Positions 42,579-53,024 of a stretch of 64,000 bases of DNA are shown here, in pieces. The stretch comes from Sulfolobales archaeon HS-7 (lineage in GTDB: Archaea; Thermoproteota; Thermoprotei_A; Sulfolobales; Sulfolobaceae), in the NCBI GenBank assembly GCA_019704295.1, contig AP024596.1, positions 1,216,001 to 1,280,000 on the forward strand, in the 5' to 3' direction. The notes under the pieces were generated by a model. The model was not told where the DNA came from, ran no database searches, and saw only the letters and a program-made list of their open reading frames with translations. The translations under genes and the position numbers were made by a program. Numbering within the stretch: the stretch's first letter is position 1; the number at the start of each line of letters is the position of its first letter.

Positions 42579-42710
42579 TAGATAGTTACAGAATATATTA
42601 ATATTAATTAAATATAAATTATTTAAATGGAAACTTCCGCAATTTTACTCTATGATGTAAAATAATTACTCCATCTAAAACTTTTACCATGACTCATTGC
42701 CTTATGTGAG

Positions 42711-42866
42711 ATTATACTTGATCAGACCTTGAAGTCTAATGGAAAATCCCTCATAGGACAGCTCATGACATGCCAAACTTTATTGAACAATAGGAATCAT
42801 GGTTTGAAAGGTTTATTATATATAAACAAATAACCTTGGTTCTTAAGGTCTGACAAAGTATATAAT
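42711..42866 (+). mobile_element. MITE family B copy (best preserved)
   Basis: TIRs TTATACTTGATCAGACCTT and AAGGTCTGACAAAGTATA. Confidence 0.8.
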
Positions 42867-42892
42867 AAGGAAAAAATAATTACTTCCCTTTT

Positions 42893-45562
42893 TCAAATCA
42901 AATATTTAACTATAAGTAAAAGTACTGCCGCTGCGATCATTAACACGATGGCGACCACAAATAGGCTTTGATTACCACCTTGGATGGCCGAAGTTGCTGA
43001 AAACTCCACAAGAGTTATTTGGAATCCGTAATTACTCACAGGTATTGGAGACGCCCCTACCTCAGCTTCAGTAACAGGAGCGTAGAGGATTACCTTATAC
43101 TCATTACTTGTTAAAGATGGTCTCGAAATTCTGATCTTCACGTTGTTTACTCCAGGATGTAGAGTTACTAGACTAGAGTAGTTCTGTGGACCTGCCTGTA
43201 CGACGACGTTTACCGTTATACTTTCCTGCAACCCGTTGTAGATCTTTACATGTACGTTTCTCCCATCAACCGATGCGGACTTTATAGTTATGTTATTGAA
43301 GGCCGACTTTACCGCACTTACTATAGTATTAGAGTAAAGTAGGGCCTGTTCCATAAACCACGATGGTCCATTAGCGGGGGGTCCGGTTTGCCACGTCCAG
43401 TCACTTCCTTCCGCCACGTAGAGGTAATTCCATAAAGTGTTAATCTCAGTTGTGGAGTTCGGCGTTTCGTTGAATAAGATGGGAACTGTGGGCGAGATAG
43501 AGTCCCCGAGAAGTGCGGTATACGCTACTAAATACTCCCTCGCTAGAGACAAGTTACCCCATATGTAGATTTTGCCAGGGTATCCGTTGTTCCAGTAATC
43601 TAGATTGAGGTCCCAGGAGCTTTCAGGTAGATTTGTGATTATAGATGTGGGTTTATGGGTTTCAATTGCCTGTTGCGCAGTCTGTGTAACTAACCATGTC
43701 CCCTGATACTCGGAAAGGGATTGATATATCGCGTAAAGGTCGGAGGGGCCGGTCGTGGGATTAAATATGAGCGGGTTCTCACCATCGAGCGCTACTGTTA
43801 CTACACCCCCGGGATTGTTCATGTATATGGTAGCTAGTTGGTGGATGAGTTCCTCCGCAGTTAAAGAGGGAGATTGGCTGAAGAAATAGAAGCTGAAGTC
43901 GTTAGAGAGCGTAGTGTTCCTGAAGAGAACTATTATTCTCTGTCCAATACTGTTTTCCACTATAAATGGCTGATCGGGATTTAGCGTACCGTTTACTAAT
44001 GTGGAGTATGGTAGGAAAGCCTGCTGGTCCAGAATGGTGTAGCTAATGCCGGATTCGTTATAAAGCGTAACAAGTCCCATGTCGAACGCCATCTCAGGAG
44101 TCCAAGTTCCCTTAGCCCATACTCCGAAAACCCTATGAGTCATATTTCTTCCCATCTGTATTTGGGCTAACACGTCACTATACCATCCGTTATTAAGCAT
44201 TATGGCTTGGAGAGGATGATAGAAAGGTACTGTAAGGACGTCGACTTTCCCCTCTTGTACGAGCTGTTTGTAAAGGGAGAGCGTGTAGTTCGTTGCGTTA
44301 ATATCATGAGATACGTTTACTCCGAAATTCGAAGAGAAGGTGGGTGTACCTTCGTTGAGGATGGTCTCCCATTGATAAAGGAGTACGGGGGTGAAATCTA
44401 TTGTAACGTTAACGTTAAACTGTTTTATTAGCATGGCCTGAAGCTCATAAGATCCGACCAACTGACCGTTCCAATTGAAATCCTGTCCTGTGTGTAACCA
44501 CACCCAAGGCTGTTCCCACGTTCCGTTAGGTCCAATGTAAAGAGGTTGATGCATATTCCACACGATGACGAAACTCAGAGGCTTCTTTCCAGTTACATTG
44601 AGGATGTAAAGGGCGGGGAGGTTTGCCGTCCTTGTGAGCTCTGAACCTTGATAAACGTTGAGAGTGGGGTAAAATATTCCTTGTTGAAGGTAGTTTGGTA
44701 CTGTTACGTTGATGAGGTTATTTCCAGCTTGTAGGATTTCAGATACGTTATAGGTGTAGGAGTTGAATACGAATGAGAGGGTTACCGGGATCTGCTGGGC
44801 CTCTAAGTTATTGAGTTCAAGTGTAACTCCTATGCTCTGATTTGTCAAAAATACGTACCTTGTGTAATTTGCACCACTGAACTCTATTGGTGAGTAAACG
44901 TCCTGAATTGCGAAATTTGCACCATTACTCGCGTGGTAGTACACACCTGTGGTTGCGTCGAAGTAAACCCACTGAATCCACTGTCCTGGGGAGAACGGTC
45001 CTAGCAATACAGTGTAGTTACCGTAAAGAGGATTATATTTCATTATTGCATTAGAGATGTTACTCCAGGGTAAACCGGTCTGAGGACCTGTTGTTAAACC
45101 GTAGTGGATCGTAAAGTTATCTGGCGCTCTTCCTATTGCTGTGATCAGTATGGAACCGTTCTGTAATACCGTAGCGTAAGTGTAACCTACGTCTAAGGGA
45201 TTTACTTGTAAATTCCAGTTCCAGAATGGATGGTTATCGTAATTTATCCATGTACCTGTCGTGTTATCGTAAAATACCCAACCTATCCAAGTATTGTTCG
45301 GAAAAGGACCTATAGTTGCGGAAAAGTTGTGACCATTCCATTGCATTTGTTGGTTAAATACTTGTGTCCATGCCTGCTGAGGGCCATTTTCAATTCCATA
45401 ATGAAGAGTCACAGTGTCGCTACTCGATGGACCTGAGATGTAAATCATAACATACCCACTAGTGGTTACGGTAAAGTTTACCTGATAACTCGTTTGAGCG
45501 ATAAGAATCGGTGTTATTACGGAAAGGAATAGAAATCCCAGAAAAAGGAATACTTTTCTCAT
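42893..45562 (-). CDS. Membrane-anchored GH57 amylopullulanase/alpha-amylase with two N-terminal CBM-like repeats
   Basis: Signal peptide; duplicated HYG...GP...W...W.FYD/YFD units; WNMHQP, PFYHP, WTPEMAF, ALDGEN, AEGSDWTW; C-terminal TM. Confidence 0.92.
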   Translation of the reverse strand: MRKVFLFLGFLFLSVITPILIAQTSYQVNFTVTTSGYVMIYISGPSSSDTVTLHYGIENGPQQAWTQVFNQQMQWNGHNFSATIGPFPNNTWIGWVFYDNTTGTWINYDNHPFWNWNLQVNPLDVGYTYATVLQNGSILITAIGRAPDNFTIHYGLTTGPQTGLPWSNISNAIMKYNPLYGNYTVLLGPFSPGQWIQWVYFDATTGVYYHASNGANFAIQDVYSPIEFSGANYTRYVFLTNQSIGVTLELNNLEAQQIPVTLSFVFNSYTYNVSEILQAGNNLINVTVPNYLQQGIFYPTLNVYQGSELTRTANLPALYILNVTGKKPLSFVIVWNMHQPLYIGPNGTWEQPWVWLHTGQDFNWNGQLVGSYELQAMLIKQFNVNVTIDFTPVLLYQWETILNEGTPTFSSNFGVNVSHDINATNYTLSLYKQLVQEGKVDVLTVPFYHPLQAIMLNNGWYSDVLAQIQMGRNMTHRVFGVWAKGTWTPEMAFDMGLVTLYNESGISYTILDQQAFLPYSTLVNGTLNPDQPFIVENSIGQRIIVLFRNTTLSNDFSFYFFSQSPSLTAEELIHQLATIYMNNPGGVVTVALDGENPLIFNPTTGPSDLYAIYQSLSEYQGTWLVTQTAQQAIETHKPTSIITNLPESSWDLNLDYWNNGYPGKIYIWGNLSLAREYLVAYTALLGDSISPTVPILFNETPNSTTEINTLWNYLYVAEGSDWTWQTGPPANGPSWFMEQALLYSNTIVSAVKSAFNNITIKSASVDGRNVHVKIYNGLQESITVNVVVQAGPQNYSSLVTLHPGVNNVKIRISRPSLTSNEYKVILYAPVTEAEVGASPIPVSNYGFQITLVEFSATSAIQGGNQSLFVVAIVLMIAAAVLLLIVKYLI

Positions 45563-45859
45563 TTATAGGACTGAAATAGTGTAACTTTTTAAAATTAATG
45601 AGTATTAACTAATTCATGTCGTAAGTGTAAAAGTCTAGGATACTCTATTAAACTACCCTACCGGTAGAACTTTAATTATTGGGCCGTAAAATCAAGAGGG
45701 AAAGGCTTAAAATGAGGAGCACATATTACTCATGGACAAGCGTGATAATTGGTACCCTCTGCCGCATTAGTTTTGATGTTACTTCTCAATATAGAGTTCA
45801 AGAAAAGAAAATCGGCTAGCGATAACTCTGATCCTAGCTTTTCTTTGAGGGATTTAGTA

Positions 45860-48097
45860 CGGGAGACAATAACTAAATTTCAGCCGAAAAATTCGCGTTG
45901 AGGAACAGCGTACTCGCTCGGGTAAAAACCCTTAGGAGGGCTAGGAAATTCTAGTTAAGTCGTCTTAAGATAGGCCTATCCATTGCGTATATTACAAGGT
46001 TGAAGAGAGGAATAGGGCTGTGTCATGGATAGAGAAAGGAGGTACTTTAGTGCAACCTTCGCTCTAGTGAAAGCTCAAATGTAAAGGTTCCCTACGGCAG
46101 TATGTTTCAATTTGAGGTAAACGTCATAGCCCTTGCTCAGGCCTTTTCACGTTCAGGACACCCTACCTCCTAATTTAAGTACTTATCCAAGGAAGGCTAA
46201 AAGTCTACGACGAATTTGACGTTGGGGAAAAATAGGATAAAACGGGTAGCCTTCGTGTTGATGGTCCACGTTACGGTAACTCACGTTAGAATCGCTACCT
46301 AACTCGGTACTCCAAGGCGCTACACGCTTCGCCTCTAACATAGCTATGGAAACAGCGTGTTCAAAACACTACTTACGTTAACGTCGTAGTCCTTGACGTT
46401 CTTACCCTTGATCAACTTCGACCTCTTTGTAACTAAACCCCTGTACACGCGATCCACTAGAACGTGGTAGCTTATGCTGGCGAGCTTCCCCGCGAGCGCA
46501 CAAGTTACCTCAACACTACTTTTTTAGTGATGAGCCTCTCGTAGAAATCCGCAAAAGGTCCACGCCTAGCTATCCTAGCGGACAAGTAAAATGCCCTTCG
46601 CAAGTACTTGTTACCCTCTATCCACGTGGGACTTGCTATTTCCGCTCTGCTTAGTCCTTGGGGCACGCGTAAGCTCTCGCAGCCTTGGAACTTAGAAAAC
46701 GAGAGACGTCGCCGAACTCATCGTAGATCGTCGCAGCGGTTTAACTCCGGGGATCTTGGAGAGCTCTACAACTTCTTGCGGGATTTTCGAAAGTATTGCT
46801 TTCTCGACGCCATCATGTCCTCTAGTTGCTTTAACAGCTCCGCAAGCTGTTCAAGCTAGCCTCTCGGCTCGATTCAGTGTTTACCCCAATTTCTCGCCTA
46901 ACTCCCTCTTGCCCTTCTGCTTTAACTCTCCCTTGGACAGCTTCTCAAGCAGTTCCCCTCTTATTGAAAAGCTCTAACTTATACCGAGCGGTCTCTAGAA
47001 TTTTCCTTATCTCGTCACTTGCGCCTCTTTCTCCACAAGGCTTGTCCTGTATCTTGTTAGCTCCCTTATCTCCCCGTCAGGTATGAACCTTTGACTACTC
47101 CCGTCATGAAGGCCGTTACAAACCTTTGCGCGTCCAGTCCATCTTCTTCCCGAGTATTTCGGACAAATGTAGGGTTAACTACCGTTACCTTGAATCCTCT
47201 CTGAGTTTCTCGTGCAGGTAGTAGAAGGGCCTGTAGCCTCCATTATTCCCTCCCTGTAATCGCTAAGGAATTTCACGAGCTCCTCTATCCCCTCGTTGTC
47301 GTTTTTGATTCCCTCCTTGATTGAATACGGATTTCCCTTGTTCCACTAGAAGTTCTCCCTTTGCCACAGTTAACTCTCGGATATGTCTATCGCGAAGCCC
47401 TTGGTAACGACTTCCATGGTGTATCTTGCTCACTCGTGAAATATTACCTTAACTAGTGTAATACCGTCTCCCTCGTTTCATAGCACCAGCTACCGTCAAC
47501 CCCTAGAGAAACTTGTTACAACCTCGGGGGTTCTATCCCCTCTTGTGTTCTAGAGACATCACAGCCAGCCTCTTCTACGGGGTTTTCCCTCCATTGGGTC
47601 GGCCTTACCTTGTTTTGCCCTTGTCGCCTTACATGCTTAACTCACGTAATACTTGTTTTATCTCCATAACTAGTGGTACGCGTTTTCCCCGTGGAAGTTC
47701 CCCTAACTTTTTCCCTTGTCTTACAAGGGATATATTCCCTTCCTCTATCCCCAAGAGGAGGGATAAGTCCATTATATAATGTTACGGAGTTAGAGAAAAT
47801 CTTCTTGAACAATTCCTCTGCAATCAATGAGGGACTTATCCCTTGCCTTAATTTCCCTCACAGCAAGATTGAGGATGTCCCTCGCTCAATCTCTGACGTC
47901 CTCATTTCTACCCACTTGATACTACCAAAGATAAGATATTATTATAGGCATAAAAACTAGGTTGCCTACCTTTCTCTAACATAGAAATTTATTATTTCTT
48001 CACTTAGATGGAAATTTAGCTAAGCTCCGCTCTAGATAACGAGACTTTTTAACTTTTTGAAATTGTCTCATATTTAGTAAAAATGACGAAATATGGC
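45860..48097 (-). mobile_element. Decayed ISH3-family IS interrupted by an IS110 element
   Basis: End motif at ~48060-48097 and 47640-47910 are homologous (reverse) to 63229-63650; transposase C-terminal remnant (QIET) at ~46000-46260. Confidence 0.65.
46316..47632 (-). mobile_element. IS110-family element with pseudogenised recombinase (ATG at ~47417) and ~200-bp 5' non-coding end
   Basis: MEVVTKGFAIDIS...NDNEGIEEL (DEDD N-domain) and GNKYLRRAFYLSA...CALAGKLA (C-domain) across frameshifts; no TIRs. Confidence 0.78.
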
Positions 48098-48405
48098 TAG
48101 CTTTAGGTGATTTAGGTTTCCACTGCGGATCGTAATTATTGCAGATAAGTACTAAATAAAGGGAAGTATTAAGTGCGAACTCCATCAGTCGATACGATAA
48201 TATAAATTCATTTGAATTTGCTAAATAAATTAGATTCACTATAGAGGCTTAAATGGTTCTGGCTTTATTGGGAATTTAAATAATTGCTACATAAGGAGAA
48301 ATTACATTGAGGTAGATAATCTAAATGTATAATGGAGTTTAAACAAGGAAAAAATAATAAAGGGACTTACCACCCCATTTTAAATTAACATAAGTATGTT
48401 TATAA

Positions 48406-51400
48406 TCATATAACAATCTCGTATATCTGTCCATTACTGTTTAGCATATAACTGTTAGTCTGTAAAATCACTGGCACCCAGGTGTTAAACCCATTAAATA
48501 GCAAGACCGGTAGTGAGGTTGACGTCATTGTTGTCTCATTAAAGGTAAGCGCTGGAAATCCTGTTTCTACTCCTTCTAATGGGTATAGAGGTTCGGCATA
48601 TGTAGGGGATACTACGTGACAAGCAGCGCCCAAAAACGAACTCGATAACGAATTGGGATAAAATATGTTGGAGCTTGAGGGTAGATAACCGTCGCTTGAA
48701 GACATGAACATTACAGGATATTGTCCCACACCGAAGACGTACGATGATTGTACACCTACGTACTTTGTGTGAATCTCGACGCCGGTACTGTTTAGAACTT
48801 GTCCTCCAATGAAGGGAATCTGTTCTCCTAATGATTGGTAAATGTATCCCTGAATCTCCATAGCGAGGTTTAAAATATTCGATTGTGCAGCCATTTGTAG
48901 GCTCGGATCGTTAAGACCGCTCATTCGATTCAGCTCGTTTAGCATTGCGTTAGAGGAATAATCTACATCACTCTTTAACGTTAATAGTTGTTGAATATTT
49001 ACCCTATAATCCTTAAAGGAAGTCAAATCGTTCATGGAGTTAATTATGTTATCAATTGACGACTCTTCTTGAGATATGCACGATTGTATTGAACCCGAGT
49101 TCTGCTCTGCTAACATGGAAAGTACTTTCTGTCCCGCCGTTTCTATTCGATTTACCGAGTTCATTGTTTGTAAATAAGCTTGATAAACTTGGTAACTTCC
49201 TCCATATCCAATACCATTTATTATGTTTCCGAAAGTACTCTCCTGGTCCATAAATGAGGATAGAAGCTGCTGATTTATACCGCTATATAGCGCATTCATC
49301 AGATATTCTCCTGACGGTAGTAAAGATGTATATCCTGCCGTGGAAAGAAGTAGACCTATATTACTACCTAAATTCGCCCAGTATTCGTTAATGTTCTGAG
49401 CGGTGTAATTAAGGGCTGAGATTGCGCCGTACTCTCCGATACCATTCCCAAACCATCCCATATCGCACAAAAACGATGATAACCCAGGAACTCCCTCTAT
49501 TTCACTAAGCGCCTTATATACTGAGGACGTTCCAACATACCCAGATCCAATATCCGACATGATAGGTTGTATACCAAGATCGGATGAAAACTCAAAGTAA
49601 TCCCAAGGTTTAGGTGCGTTCGATAACTCCAGGAATGCCTGGATATTCTCTCCGTTAACTATAATTATTGGAACGGGTACTGCGACTCCATTGGAGTTTT
49701 GTTTATATGTTATTGGAGTCGAAATGCTAATTTGTTCCTGGTATACGAAAGCTCGTCCATTATTGTAATTAAGTCCAATTACCCCGATAGGAGAGTTTGA
49801 AGTTTGTGTTAAGCACAATCCTCCGTAGGAAAACCCGCTGACGTCTAGTTCAGCGATTGCGCCTGCAGGTATTCCGATTTTCTCTTTAGATGAAGAACTT
49901 AGCACGGAGCTTAACCCGGAGCTAGTCATGTTTATCTTGTACGTTTCTCCACCCTGTACAACAATTCCAGTAACATTCAGGAATGGTGAAAATATTGTTA
50001 TATTTGCAGTCCAGTTTTCAAGTGAGGGCGGGATTTTTAGGAAATTGAATACAACTGATGTCGGATTTATTACTGGTAACAATACTTCCTGAGAAAATTG
50101 TTCAAACGTCGAGCTAGTGTAGGATAAGAGATTTAGAGTTCCCCCAGTTCCATTCAGCAGCACCAGTGGACAATTCGAGGGCTCCGTAAAATTGCCCGTT
50201 ATATTGGAGAAGGCGTTGTACGGATAGGGTTCTCCCTCAATTAACAGTAACGTGTTGGCTGGAAAAGTCAGAACATTTTCTGTAGACACTACGCATGACG
50301 ACATGCCGTTAGAAACTAATACTATGCCGTTCATATTCGTACCTACAAATTCATTGACCTGTTTACTTCCCGAATACATCGCTATCACGTTAGTATTTCT
50401 ATTTACGATTATTGATAGGAATGCGTACCTCGATGGTAAATTATTTACACTGGATGGAAGCTGTCCATAGGACGAATATGTTCTGCTATATGTAACCCCG
50501 TTTACATTCCAACCGTTAGATGTAATAGAATTTATCCACGAATTGGAACTTATATTGAACTCATACTCATAGGGAACGAACGCTACTCCCTTCTGTCCAG
50601 GATTAACGGAAATTGTTTCATTCGTTCCCGTCAACGCATTTATAAACGAGGCCTGTAGAAACGAATCTCCCTGACTTGCAAAGGTAACCTCCTCTATAGG
50701 TCTCATGTAAATATTTCCTCTGTAAACCGTATCAGAGGATGTCACAGATGAGCTCAATGTATTCGGCGTGAAGCACGTAAAGTTCCTGAACAAATTATTG
50801 GAAAATGTCCCAATTCCTAAGTAGTTTAGTCGGGCATTGTAGGTGGGAGTTATAAAGGTCCATGAGTCGTTGTAATTCGTGTAGCCTGGAATATTTGGTA
50901 AATTAACTGGGGGGGGATTAGAACTTGAGTAAGTGAAATTGGCCTCTGAAACGCCCGAGGCATAAACGTTCTGATTTGATGCAATATTTTTGAAAGTTAT
51001 ATGCATAACCTGGAATTTATCATTTACTCTAACTATATTGTTATATATTGCAATTTCCGTTATGATCAAAGGACCATCTGGTGGAATGAAAGCTGGAATG
51101 TAGAGAGTCCCAACATATCCTATAGGAAAGTTGTGTACATATCCGCACAAGTTGACGCAATTATCTTCAGCGAAGTATAAATAGATGATATCACCGTTAT
51201 CCGTAAAACCACAAGGGATGGGAAGAGTGGCAGGATGAACAGAATAGCGTCCACGATAAGGTCCTGCCCACGATGACGGATAACTTGTCACACATCCTCT
51301 ATCTGTACCGGAATCATAATATGTCACGAACGCAGGTCCATTAGCTAATTCGCTGAATGGGGGGTAAATAGTTATCCCATATGCCAACCATGGACTTGGA

Positions 51401-52653
51401 AGGTATGAACTCCTCGACATATTGACATTACATATTCCGTCTTCTGGAAAACTAACACTTACGGTCCCTCCTAATGGATATCCAGGGGGATGATTAAATA
51501 CGAAGTATATCGGATCAACGAACTCAGGAGGTGCCCCCGTAAGAGTAAACCACGTTTCAGGTTCTGGTAGAAAAGGTGGAGCACCTTCATCCAGATAGGT
51601 ATTATGAGTTCCATAATGTGGAAATATTACCACGCGAGGTCGTATATTTGATATATATGGTACGCATCCTTTCCCTATGTAAACGACCACCTCGTTAGTG
51701 TCATTAGACGCATTAACATATTTGTAACTGGCAAACAGTGAACGTATTTCCCACTTTTCGAAATTAAATCCGTGACCCGTCAGTCCAGTATCCGCTCTTG
51801 CCATTGCTTCCAAATTCAGAAGTGTTCCATTTGGGATTAGGAAAGTTTTATAATAATTTTTATAATTATAAAATTCGGATATAGAAGGACGAATATAATA
51901 CTGATTTCCTCCTGACGAATCGAGGTAACTACATCCAAAAAGTGATGGTATGCCAGGGTATATTGTTGGCACGCACGGAATGGGTGATATAAATACAACA
52001 CAAATTGATAGATTTACGTTGGATTGTTGTTTTTGTATGAAGTTTTCCTGGCTTAAAAGCCCCATTTGATTCTTAAGTAAAGATGCAATGCTTCCCTGTA
52101 TCTGATTCTGATCGTTACCTAGTTTAAAGTATTGGGGAGTTGGAGGGGCGGGATACCAGAAAATTTTTCCTGTGGATGTTACGAATCCTACTACACCCGT
52201 AATGTAAGGCACGGCAATCTCTTCCCCAGGGTTGAGTAATAGTTTATTGTTAACATTTTGACCGTTGGTGAAGAATGTAAACGCGCTAGATAAGGGAAGA
52301 CTGCACTGTCTCAATCCCTTAGGTATCTGCAGAGACGACGTAGATGATAATGATGCATAATACGGGATGCATGAAGCAGGGTTGTTAAAATCTATTATTA
52401 AAGGCTGGGAATCTGGCGTCGAGTAATACATTATACCTACAACGCAAAATGGAACATTACCACTGTTTACTAAAAATGCCAGAGTCCCATCTCCAAACAC
52501 GTTACCTTCGGTTTGCGAGGCTTGAGATTCTGTGTAAAGAGAAACCTGTGAGGCCTGTAACGAACCCTGATACAAATATAAATAAGCTGCTAATGCGCTC
52601 AGAATGACTAACAACAATAAAGCGATCCCAATTATCCCCAAAACATCATTCAT
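48406..52653 (-). CDS. 1415-aa pilin-domain-fused surface protein (giant minor pilin/adhesin candidate)
   Basis: Pilin-like hydrophobic N-terminal helix, then VNSGNVP, LNPGEE and FVTSTGKIF echoing neighbouring pilins; beta-rich Cys-rich middle; helical region near the C-terminus; adjacent to TadC/ATPase. Confidence 0.75.
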   Translation of the reverse strand: MNDVLGIIGIALLLLVILSALAAYLYLYQGSLQASQVSLYTESQASQTEGNVFGDGTLAFLVNSGNVPFCVVGIMYYSTPDSQPLIIDFNNPASCIPYYASLSSTSSLQIPKGLRQCSLPLSSAFTFFTNGQNVNNKLLLNPGEEIAVPYITGVVGFVTSTGKIFWYPAPPTPQYFKLGNDQNQIQGSIASLLKNQMGLLSQENFIQKQQSNVNLSICVVFISPIPCVPTIYPGIPSLFGCSYLDSSGGNQYYIRPSISEFYNYKNYYKTFLIPNGTLLNLEAMARADTGLTGHGFNFEKWEIRSLFASYKYVNASNDTNEVVVYIGKGCVPYISNIRPRVVIFPHYGTHNTYLDEGAPPFLPEPETWFTLTGAPPEFVDPIYFVFNHPPGYPLGGTVSVSFPEDGICNVNMSRSSYLPSPWLAYGITIYPPFSELANGPAFVTYYDSGTDRGCVTSYPSSWAGPYRGRYSVHPATLPIPCGFTDNGDIIYLYFAEDNCVNLCGYVHNFPIGYVGTLYIPAFIPPDGPLIITEIAIYNNIVRVNDKFQVMHITFKNIASNQNVYASGVSEANFTYSSSNPPPVNLPNIPGYTNYNDSWTFITPTYNARLNYLGIGTFSNNLFRNFTCFTPNTLSSSVTSSDTVYRGNIYMRPIEEVTFASQGDSFLQASFINALTGTNETISVNPGQKGVAFVPYEYEFNISSNSWINSITSNGWNVNGVTYSRTYSSYGQLPSSVNNLPSRYAFLSIIVNRNTNVIAMYSGSKQVNEFVGTNMNGIVLVSNGMSSCVVSTENVLTFPANTLLLIEGEPYPYNAFSNITGNFTEPSNCPLVLLNGTGGTLNLLSYTSSTFEQFSQEVLLPVINPTSVVFNFLKIPPSLENWTANITIFSPFLNVTGIVVQGGETYKINMTSSGLSSVLSSSSKEKIGIPAGAIAELDVSGFSYGGLCLTQTSNSPIGVIGLNYNNGRAFVYQEQISISTPITYKQNSNGVAVPVPIIIVNGENIQAFLELSNAPKPWDYFEFSSDLGIQPIMSDIGSGYVGTSSVYKALSEIEGVPGLSSFLCDMGWFGNGIGEYGAISALNYTAQNINEYWANLGSNIGLLLSTAGYTSLLPSGEYLMNALYSGINQQLLSSFMDQESTFGNIINGIGYGGSYQVYQAYLQTMNSVNRIETAGQKVLSMLAEQNSGSIQSCISQEESSIDNIINSMNDLTSFKDYRVNIQQLLTLKSDVDYSSNAMLNELNRMSGLNDPSLQMAAQSNILNLAMEIQGYIYQSLGEQIPFIGGQVLNSTGVEIHTKYVGVQSSYVFGVGQYPVMFMSSSDGYLPSSSNIFYPNSLSSSFLGAACHVVSPTYAEPLYPLEGVETGFPALTFNETTMTSTSLPVLLFNGFNTWVPVILQTNSYMLNSNGQIYEIVI

Positions 52654-52680
52654 TCTGCCAAAAATTAAATACTTAATGGA

Positions 52681-52692
52681 TATTTAAACTTT
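52681..52692 (-). promoter_or_regulatory. BRE/TATA promoter (AAAGTTTAAATA) of the 1415-aa gene, leaderless spacing
   Basis: Consensus Sulfolobales TATA ~28 bp upstream of ATG 52653. Confidence 0.65.
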
Positions 52693-53024
52693 GTTATTTG
52701 AAGATCATGACCTTTTTATTAAAAATTCCGTAAGTAAAGGCTAACATAAGCTCAATCCCTCAAAACTTCCCTAATTTACCTAAGTAATGTTAATGTTTTT
52801 TGAGGAAACTTCACTAAAGTATTTCAAATAGTATATATATATTCTTTCCTTTTTTTGGACTTTTATGTATGAACAATTAAAGAAGTTCAAATTATAATTA
52901 GTCCCACCGATAACGCTAGTTATTCAAAAATTGGAAAATCGCCATTCTTAATATAAAAGGAGCCCCCAGAGAACTCAGGAAACATAAAAAAATAGCGGCG
53001 CGAACCCTTAAAGATAAATTGGCT

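Noticed and set aside
46608-47960. Several 60-95 aa ORFs in the track
   Set aside because: Antisense or broken frames of the IS110 and ISH3 relics
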